The notes under the pieces were generated by a model, which was given only the letters and a program-made list of their open reading frames with translations, did not search any database and was not told the origin of the DNA. A program made the translations under genes and the position numbers. Positions 57,775 to 64,000 of a stretch of 64,000 nucleotides of DNA are shown here, in pieces. The stretch is from Candidatus Dormiibacterota bacterium (GTDB lineage Bacteria > Chloroflexota > Dormibacteria > DASZGP01), in NCBI GenBank assembly GCA_035938265.1, contig DASZHA010000081.1:13435-77434 (forward strand), written 5' to 3'. Numbering within the stretch: position 1 is the first letter of the stretch; each line of letters opens with the position of its first letter.

Positions 57775-58106
57775 CAGGCGCTCTTGCGGATCAGGTCGAT
57801 GTAGTCGATCTCCGGGACCAAGGACGACAGTTCGCGCCGCCCCGGCTCGATCTCCAGGGCCCGCTCGTAGACGAAGCTGTAGACGTTGGCGAAGTTCCAG
57901 TCGCCGAGATGCAGGGCGGCGAAGCCACCTCTGACCTCAGCGTCCGCTTCGCCGGCTTCGAAGACATCCAGGCTGGTGAGGTAGAGCGACTGCAAGATGC
58001 GCAGCTCGGCCTCGAGCTCGGCGATGATCACCGCGTCGCCCTGGCGGGCCCGCAGCCCGTTAATGCTGCGCTGGATCTCCTGCATCTCGACCTGCCACTC
58101 ATCCAC
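57774..58106 (-). CDS. Hypothetical protein (110 aa), function unknown
   Basis: Acidic, with a predicted helical N-terminal half (MDEWQVEMQEIQRSINGLRARQGDAVIIAELEAELRILQ). Translationally coupled to the downstream 231-aa gene. Confidence 0.45.
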   Translation of the reverse strand: MDEWQVEMQEIQRSINGLRARQGDAVIIAELEAELRILQSLYLTSLDVFEAGEADAEVRGGFAALHLGDWNFANVYSFVYERALEIEPGRRELSSLVPEIDYIDLIRKSA

Positions 58107-58154
58107 GCTAAGAGCGTATCGAAGGCCGGGCGGCCGCGCCGGGCCAGGCGGGGT

Positions 58155-59033
58155 TCAGGCAGCCGCGATCGAGAGGTGCTCGAGGATGAGGTCGCCGACG
58201 CGCTCGGGTACCTCGAAATTCGGGTCATGTCCGACGTTCTCGAGGATGTGCACATCCCAGCTGGGCTGTCTCCTGCTCAGGCGCCGGATCGCGCCCCGCT
58301 GCACGATCGGGTCGGCATCGCCGTAGATCAGCATGGTCGGCGCGGAGATGGGGTCAACCACGTCGCGGTCGAAGGCGCGCACGTCCCGGTAGTAGTGCGC
58401 CAGGGACATCCGCGCCTCGGTCCAACCCACGTAGGGTAGCCCCGCGCGAATCCGCTCCTCCTCCATCGCCACCAGGCTGTCGACCAGGCGGCTGTCTATC
58501 GCCTCGAAGTCCACCACCGCCCGCCGCAGCGCGCTCTCCACCAGGCCGCGCGGGCCCAGGAACCTGGCGGCCAGGAGCCCCGTCAGGTTTCCGAGCATCC
58601 GATTCTGCTCGACGAGCTGCAGGATGGGCTTAGGGATCACGGGCGTCACCTCGTGGCCGGCCGGCGGGATCGCGGGGTCGATCAGAACCAGGTCGGAGAG
58701 GGTGTCGGCGCCACGGCCCGCCTGCAGCATTGCGATGGTGCCGCCCATCGAGTGCCCAACCACTATCGCCGGCTCCTTGACGACCCTCCGCAGGAAGGTG
58801 TCCACCATCCGCTGGTTCACGTCAAGAGTGGCGTGCCGATGGCCGACCGGCGTCCGGCCGAAACCCACCATGTCCGGCGCCAGCACCCGGAAGTGCCTGA
58901 CCAGGCGGGGGGCCATCAACATCCACTCGACGTAGGACCCGCCCAGCCCATGGACCAGCACCATCGGGCGCCCTATGCCACCCCAGTCCATGTAATGGAC
59001 GGGGCCGTCGATGTCCACCCACTTCGATCTCAT
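58155..59033 (-). CDS. Alpha/beta-fold hydrolase
   Basis: 292 aa. Oxyanion region MVLVHGLGGS, nucleophile elbow GHSMGG, C-terminal His in a GHDPNFE context. Confidence 0.8.
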   Translation of the reverse strand: MRSKWVDIDGPVHYMDWGGIGRPMVLVHGLGGSYVEWMLMAPRLVRHFRVLAPDMVGFGRTPVGHRHATLDVNQRMVDTFLRRVVKEPAIVVGHSMGGTIAMLQAGRGADTLSDLVLIDPAIPPAGHEVTPVIPKPILQLVEQNRMLGNLTGLLAARFLGPRGLVESALRRAVVDFEAIDSRLVDSLVAMEEERIRAGLPYVGWTEARMSLAHYYRDVRAFDRDVVDPISAPTMLIYGDADPIVQRGAIRRLSRRQPSWDVHILENVGHDPNFEVPERVGDLILEHLSIAAA

Positions 59034-59085
59034 CGCCGCAGTGTAGGCCCCGATCTGTCCGCTGGAGCCGGTCCGGGGACCTGTC

Positions 59086-61122
59086 CTAGTGGATCAGGGA
59101 GTGGGTGGCCACCGTGCTCGCCACCAGGATGGCGATGATGTTGATGACCTTGATCATGGGGTTGATGGCCGGGCCGGCGGTGTCCTTGTATGGGTCGCCG
59201 ACGGTGTCACCGGTGACCGACGCGGCGTGCGCGTCGGTGCCCTTGCCGCCGAGGTTGCCATCCTCGATGAACTTCTTGGCGTTGTCCCAGGCGCCACCAC
59301 CGCTGGTCATCTGGATTGCCACGAAGACGCCGACCACGATGGCGCCGACGAGCATGCCGCCCAGTGCCTTGGGGCCGAGGATGAAGCCGACGGCGATCGG
59401 CGCCAGCACCGGGATGATGCCGGGCAGGATCATCTCCCGCTGGGCAGCTGCGGTTACCAGGGCGACGGCGTGCCCGTACTCCGGCTTCTCCGTCCCCGCC
59501 ATGATCCCCGGGTGCTCCTTGAACTGGCGGCGGACCTCGTTGACCACCCCGGCGGCGGCGCGGCCCACGGCCAGCATGCTCAGTGAGGCGAACAGCACCG
59601 GCAGGATGCCGCCGATGAACAGCCCCACGATGACCAGCGGGTCGGAGAGGTCGAAACGGATCTGGTGGGCGGCGTCGAGGTGGAGGGCGTCGTTGAGCTC
59701 CTGGGTGTAGGAGCCGAAGAGCACCAGGGCGGCCAGGCCGGCGGAGCCGATGGCGTAGCCCTTGGTCACGGCTTTGGTGGTGTTGCCGACGGCGTCGAGC
59801 GGGTCGGTGACGGCCCGGACCGCCTCCTCCATCTCCGCCATCTCGGCGATGCCGCCGGCGTTGTCGGTGATCGGACCGTAGGAGTCGATGGCGACGATGA
59901 TCCCGGTCATCGAGAGCATCGACATGGCCGCGACGGCGATGTAGTACAGGGCGTGGTCGCCGCCCAGGGCGGCCGCGCCGATGATGCCGGCCGCGATCAC
60001 CAGCACGGGAAGCGCCGTCGCCTGCATCCCCACCGCCAGCCCGGCAATGATGTTGGTCGCGTGGCCGGTGGTGCTGGCCTCAGCGATGTGCTTGACCGGG
60101 CTGTAGTTGGCGCTAGTGTAGTAGTCCGTTATGAAGACGAGGGCGACGGTGATGAGGATGCCGATGACGGCGGCGAGGAATAGGCGGTTGACATCGGCGC
60201 CGGCGACGGTCGCCATGTACTGCCGGGTCACAAAGTAGAAGCCGACCAGGGCCAGGATCGCGGCCACGCCCAGGCCCTTGTAGAGCGCGTTCATGATGTT
60301 GCCGCTGCGGCCCAGGCGGACGAAGAAGCTGCCGATGATCGAGGCCACGATCGAGACCGCCCCCAGCAGCAGCGGGTAGATCACAAACTCGATCTGGCCG
60401 GGGAACACAAGCGAGCCGAGCAGCATCGCCGCCACCGAGGTGACGGCGTAGGTCTCGAACAGGTCGGCGGCCATGCCAGCGCAGTCGCCCACGTTGTCGC
60501 CTACGTTGTCGGCGATCACCGCGGGGTTGCGGGGGTCGTCCTCGGGGATGCCGGCCTCGACCTTGCCCACCAGGTCGGCGCCGACGTCGGCGGCCTTGGT
60601 GTAGATGCCGCCGCCCAGGCGGGCGAAGACGGACACCAGGGAGGCGCCAAAGCCGAGCCCCACCAGCGCCTTGGGGTCTTTGAAGATGCCGTAGCTGAGG
60701 GCCACACCCAGGAGTCCGAGGCCGACCACGAAGAAGCCGGTGACGGCGCCACCGCGGAAGGCCATCGAGAGGGCCGCGCTGAGGCCCTTGCGGGCGGCCT
60801 CGGCGGTCCGCACGTTGGCCCGCACCGAAACGTTCATCCCGACATAGCCCGCCGCCGCGGAGCAGGCGGCCCCCACCACGAAGAGGACGGCCGTCTGGTA
60901 GCCCAGGGTGAAGAAGAGAACCAGGAAGATCACCAGGCCGACGATGGCGATGATCGTGTACTGCCGGTTGAGGTAGGCCGAGGCCCCTTCCTGGATGTAC
61001 CCCGCGATCTCCTGCATACGGGCATTGCCGGCGCTGCTGCGGATGACGCTGAGGGCGAGGTAGCCCCCGAACGCGATCGCCAGGACCGCGCAAAGCGCTA
61101 CCAGTAGAAGCTCAAGGGACAT
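59086..61122 (-). CDS. hppA: Membrane-bound ion-translocating inorganic pyrophosphatase
   Basis: Track ORF trimmed to ATG 61122, with GGAG 6 nt upstream. Motifs: [83 protein letters not shown]. Confidence 0.92.
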   Translation of the reverse strand: MSLELLLVALCAVLAIAFGGYLALSVIRSSAGNARMQEIAGYIQEGASAYLNRQYTIIAIVGLVIFLVLFFTLGYQTAVLFVVGAACSAAAGYVGMNVSVRANVRTAEAARKGLSAALSMAFRGGAVTGFFVVGLGLLGVALSYGIFKDPKALVGLGFGASLVSVFARLGGGIYTKAADVGADLVGKVEAGIPEDDPRNPAVIADNVGDNVGDCAGMAADLFETYAVTSVAAMLLGSLVFPGQIEFVIYPLLLGAVSIVASIIGSFFVRLGRSGNIMNALYKGLGVAAILALVGFYFVTRQYMATVAGADVNRLFLAAVIGILITVALVFITDYYTSANYSPVKHIAEASTTGHATNIIAGLAVGMQATALPVLVIAAGIIGAAALGGDHALYYIAVAAMSMLSMTGIIVAIDSYGPITDNAGGIAEMAEMEEAVRAVTDPLDAVGNTTKAVTKGYAIGSAGLAALVLFGSYTQELNDALHLDAAHQIRFDLSDPLVIVGLFIGGILPVLFASLSMLAVGRAAAGVVNEVRRQFKEHPGIMAGTEKPEYGHAVALVTAAAQREMILPGIIPVLAPIAVGFILGPKALGGMLVGAIVVGVFVAIQMTSGGGAWDNAKKFIEDGNLGGKGTDAHAASVTGDTVGDPYKDTAGPAINPMIKVINIIAILVASTVATHSLIH

Positions 61123-61242
61123 CCAAACTCCTGTGTCTTCGGGGTTTCCCGGTGTAATCCCGCCACCGGGGCGGCGGTCGGCCGGGCATGAGCCCACCAG
61201 CGTTCCGCGGCGCCCAACTTTACCAGCCTCGCCGGAATCAGG

Positions 61243-61866
61243 TCAGGGTGATGATTGCGGGGAGGCTGTCGCCGCGCCGGGGCTGGGCGATGGCCGTGGC
61301 ACTGGCGGGTTGTCGACCAGGCCGAGGATGGGGACGTCGATGCTGGCCACCGGGATGGCGTAGACGTCGTTGCCGCCGGGGGTGCGGACGTAGTCGTTGA
61401 CCCCGTCGGTGGTTTTGCCGCCGATCCACAGGGTCGTCTTCTGCCCCGACGCGGTGGACACCGTGAACTCCCCGGTGGTGGCCCGGTCGAGGCCGAAGCC
61501 AGGAAAGTCATTGACGCCGAAGATGGTTCGGGCCGGCCGCAGCTGGACGATGCTGGTGAAGAGCTGGATGGCGGAGGCCTGGTCGGCGATCTGTGGCTGG
61601 CAGTTGGTGGGCTGGTCGGCCGGGCACAGCTGGTAGGTAAAGGTGAGGTTGCTCCGCACGATGGTCAGGATCTTGTTCTTGGCCTTGATCTCGACCTGCC
61701 CGATCTGATTGGGATCCAGCGCCACGACCGGGCTGGCCAGGGTCGTCGGCGTGGCCGTCGAGCTGGCGCTGGGGCTGACCGGCGTCTTGCCCTTGTCGTA
61801 GATGTACCAGGCGCCGAGGGCGATCAGGAAGATCGCCGCGGCTGCGTAGAGACCCTTGTTGCTCAA
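61243..61866 (-). CDS. DUF4340-like anchored protein (third component of GldF/GldG-type ABC-2 modules)
   Basis: 207 aa with an N-terminal TM anchor, then 'LDPNQIGQVEIKAKNKILTIVR...' beta-rich repeats and a Pro-rich tail. Its position directly after the GldG-like gene fits the usual module. Confidence 0.55.
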   Translation of the reverse strand: MSNKGLYAAAAIFLIALGAWYIYDKGKTPVSPSASSTATPTTLASPVVALDPNQIGQVEIKAKNKILTIVRSNLTFTYQLCPADQPTNCQPQIADQASAIQLFTSIVQLRPARTIFGVNDFPGFGLDRATTGEFTVSTASGQKTTLWIGGKTTDGVNDYVRTPGGNDVYAIPVASIDVPILGLVDNPPVPRPSPSPGAATASPQSSP

Positions 61867-61890
61867 TTGATGATGGTGGGCCCCTGCGGC

Positions 61891-63735
61891 CTAGCGCCGC
61901 CGCAGGTAGACCGCGACCCCCAGCGCCGCCACGAAGAGCGGAAGCAGCGCCGTGTACCCGATCAGGATCAGCTGGTGCTGCGCATCGGTGACGAAGATGG
62001 TGTTGGGCTGGGCCGCGCGCACCGGGACGTCGATGATCTTGTCCTGGCCCGCCAGCCAGTTGACTGCGTTGTTCATGATGGCCAGGTTGCCAGGCGCCCC
62101 CAGCTGGCTGCCCAGGATCTGGTCGCTGACGAACTGGGCGCCGCCCAGGAGTATGAGCCGTGGCTTGACATCCTTGCTGCCGTCGGGCGGCCCCACCGCG
62201 GACATCAGGTTGAACGGACCACCCTTATCGCTGGGCTGGCAGGTCCCGGCCTTCTGGTTACTGTCGGTGCGCTCGCACGAGGACTTGGTGGTGGTGATCA
62301 AGGGCGTCAGCTGGAGGCCCTGCGCCACCTGTCCCTCCACAGGCGCTGACTGCACGATCAGGGTCGGAGTGCTCGACAGGCCGCGGGTGACGATGTGCGA
62401 GCCGTACTGCTGGATGACCAGGATGCCGGCGACGGCGATCTGGTTGTATTGCAGCGACTGGTCGAGGACGATGCCCTGGCCGATGCTGACCCCGTACTTC
62501 TTGATGACGTCGTTGGTGTTGGCCTGAGTCGTCGGCTCCTCAGCCAGCAGGACGTGCCCGCCGCCGTCGAGGTAGCCGGTCAGCGACTGGACCTCGGCGG
62601 CGGTCAGGTTGGTCGTGGCGTCGAGGATGACTACAGCGTCGGCGTCTTTGGGGACCGTGGTGCCGGTGACCAGGGCGGGGGTGGGGGTTGCCCCCGGGGA
62701 TGGACTCCCAGTGTCAGTCGGCGCTGGGCTCGACGTGTCGGCCGGCTGGGGCGCCGTCGACGGGGCGACCTGGCCCGGTTGGACGGTGCCGCCGCTTCCA
62801 CTCCCGGTCAGCAGGTTGAGCTGGGCGGTGGTCATTCCCTGGGTGGCAAGCGACGAGGCCAGCCGCGAGTAGGTGTTGCCCCCGGTGGCGCCCTGCCCCT
62901 GCGCCGCCTGGATCGACCCCTCACCGTGGCCCGTCAGGAAATACACCTTGGGCGAGCGGCCGGTGCTGAGGCGGATCATGGCGGTGTCGAGCCCGGCTTC
63001 GGTGAGGTCGGTGGCCACCTGGGGCTGGCGGTTAGGGTACTCGAATACAACCGACGCCTGCTGCAGGCCGAGGGTGCGCGCCGTCGTCGGGTCGTCGACC
63101 AGGCTCTTCTGCTTGACCACCAGCTTGTGGTTGACGTTGTGCATCCGCTGCAGAAGGTCGTAGGCGGTCTGGGTCTCCGTGGGAGACTGGTTCCACCAGA
63201 CGGTCGCGGTGACCTCGTTGTCGAGACCCTTGACGACGGTCTCGGTCTGGGGGGCGAGGCTGTTGACCTGGTCCTTGGTGACGTCGATCTGCTTGTCGCC
63301 CAGGCGGTCGCGGACGACAACGTTCAGCAGGAAAACGGCGCCGAGGACAAGCAGCACCCCGAAGAGCGCCCGGCTCCCCGCCTGCACCTGGCCCTGGCCC
63401 AGGAACGCGCGGATGGTCTCCGGCTCGAGCACCCCATAGATGACCAGCAGCAGCAGGCCGCCAAGGATGAAGCCACCGGGGGTCTGCAGGTTCGAAGTGC
63501 CGAACAGCGCCAGCAGGCTGAGGCCGATGACCAGCAGGCCGGTGCCGACGACAAGGACGGTGCGGACGAAGAAGCGGACCACCCGACCCCGACCGGTGGA
63601 GAGGTTCAGGTCGTCGTCGTCGTCGAAGTCCTCGGTGTCCTCCAGCCCCTCTTCGTCTGTGGTCTCATCCTCGTCGTTGGACTCGTCGTCGCCGGAGCGC
63701 TCCGTCTTCGTCTTGTCGTCGTCGTCTAGTGCCAC
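61891..63735 (-). CDS. GldG-like ABC-2 transporter auxiliary protein with an acidic N-terminal tail
   Basis: 614 aa, with TM helices near both ends and a large extracytoplasmic region between them (KVYFLTGHGE, VVILDATTNLTAAEV and LILLGGAQFVSDQ are typical of the ABC_transp_aux/GldG family). GTG 63735 overlaps the upstream permease by 10 nt. Confidence 0.7.
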   Translation of the reverse strand: MALDDDDKTKTERSGDDESNDEDETTDEEGLEDTEDFDDDDDLNLSTGRGRVVRFFVRTVLVVGTGLLVIGLSLLALFGTSNLQTPGGFILGGLLLLVIYGVLEPETIRAFLGQGQVQAGSRALFGVLLVLGAVFLLNVVVRDRLGDKQIDVTKDQVNSLAPQTETVVKGLDNEVTATVWWNQSPTETQTAYDLLQRMHNVNHKLVVKQKSLVDDPTTARTLGLQQASVVFEYPNRQPQVATDLTEAGLDTAMIRLSTGRSPKVYFLTGHGEGSIQAAQGQGATGGNTYSRLASSLATQGMTTAQLNLLTGSGSGGTVQPGQVAPSTAPQPADTSSPAPTDTGSPSPGATPTPALVTGTTVPKDADAVVILDATTNLTAAEVQSLTGYLDGGGHVLLAEEPTTQANTNDVIKKYGVSIGQGIVLDQSLQYNQIAVAGILVIQQYGSHIVTRGLSSTPTLIVQSAPVEGQVAQGLQLTPLITTTKSSCERTDSNQKAGTCQPSDKGGPFNLMSAVGPPDGSKDVKPRLILLGGAQFVSDQILGSQLGAPGNLAIMNNAVNWLAGQDKIIDVPVRAAQPNTIFVTDAQHQLILIGYTALLPLFVAALGVAVYLRRR

Positions 63736-64000
63736 CGGCGGGCTCCCAGGGCGACCACCGCCAGGTACAGCGGGACCACGATCATGCTGAGCGCATAGAC
63801 GACGTCAAAGAGGCCCAGCGTGCCCTTCGAGAAGTTGTCCGCGTGCGCCCGCGGACCAAGCTGGCTAAGGAAGTCGCTTAGGGGCGGCTGGGCGAGGGCC
63901 CCGGCGCCGTCGATGACGAGCAGGATCAGAAGGGCCACGAAGGCGATAACCGCGGCGATGATCTGGTTCCTGGTCAGGCTCGAGGCGAGCAGGCCAATCG
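63726..64000 (-). CDS. ABC-2 type transporter permease (GldF-like), C-terminal part only (gene runs off the right edge)
   Basis: The frame stays open from 64000 down to TAG 63726. The track's 'M' at 63938 is an internal GTG. Translation: ...IGLLASSLTRNQIIAAVIAFVALLILLVIDGAGALAQ...VVPLYLAVVALGARRWH, a typical ABC-2 permease C-terminus. Confidence 0.65.
   Translation of the reverse strand, partial: IGLLASSLTRNQIIAAVIAFVALLILLVIDGAGALAQPPLSDFLSQLGPRAHADNFSKGTLGLFDVVYALSMIVVPLYLAVVALGARRWH

Noticed and set aside
61123-61242. 7-bp inverted repeat CCCGGTG-N9-CACCGGG in the hppA leader as a riboswitch or terminator
   Set aside because: It is a single short GC hairpin with no U-tract and no recognisable conserved riboswitch core. 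That is insufficient evidence.
63600-63735. GTC/GAC trinucleotide runs as a microsatellite or non-coding repeat
   Set aside because: The runs are short, in frame, and encode the poly-Asp tail of the GldG-like ORF with good codon bias. I treat them as coding low-complexity sequence.

Overview
High-GC bacterial chromosomal segment (GC judged by eye, not computed). It is almost fully coding: I support about 54 protein genes and 1 tRNA. All calls come from hand reading of the ORF track and sequence, using motifs recalled from memory; no searches were run.

I found no rRNA, CRISPR array, transposase, integrase or recognisable defence gene. Most of the roughly 350 ORFs in the track are antisense or off-frame artefacts of the high GC content.

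Gene content, left to right:
- a truncated secreted LVIVD/beta-propeller-like gene that is missing from the ORF track
- WS/DGAT acyltransferase, two VOC ring-cleavage-type enzymes and a MOSC protein
- an OmpR/HK two-component system, followed by an S/T-rich anchor protein, ApbE flavin transferase and an MsrQ-like heme-b membrane protein
- a PAS-EAL protein
- tyrosine catabolism genes hppD, fahA and hmgA
- an acyl-CoA synthetase
- a complete GlgE alpha-glucan block: malQ / glgX-glgE-treS-pep2-glgB / glgP
- a MacB-type ABC transporter plus a LivJ-type lipoprotein
- tRNA(CAT)
- a 7.5 kb same-strand signalling block: cyclase-STAND-TPR, 7TM histidine kinase, CheY, REC-PAS-GGDEF-EAL, CheY
- a CBS-Cys4 protein coupled to citrate synthase
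- an erythrin-VIT1 iron transporter and a DUF255 thioredoxin-fold protein
- a Holin-X/DUF3618 cluster and a second CBS-Cys4 paralog
- a degenerate GH2-like protein, galK, mrp and a membrane-fused spermidine-synthase-like protein
- an archaeal-type FBP aldolase/phosphatase
- two coupled unknown proteins, an alpha/beta hydrolase and the membrane pyrophosphatase hppA
- a GldF/GldG/DUF4340 ABC-2 module

The gene repertoire suggests Actinomycetota or a neighbouring deep-branching high-GC lineage; this is inference only.

The candidates I think most deserve follow-up:
1. A 'split rubrerythrin' arrangement: erythrin-VIT1 next to CBS proteins that carry the rubredoxin-like Cys4 knuckle.
2. The two-component-system-linked ApbE/MsrQ-like module with no recognisable FMN_bind acceptor, flanked by a shared tandem box.
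3. The cAMP / His-Asp / c-di-GMP block.
4. The coupled pair of unknown proteins at 57079-58106.
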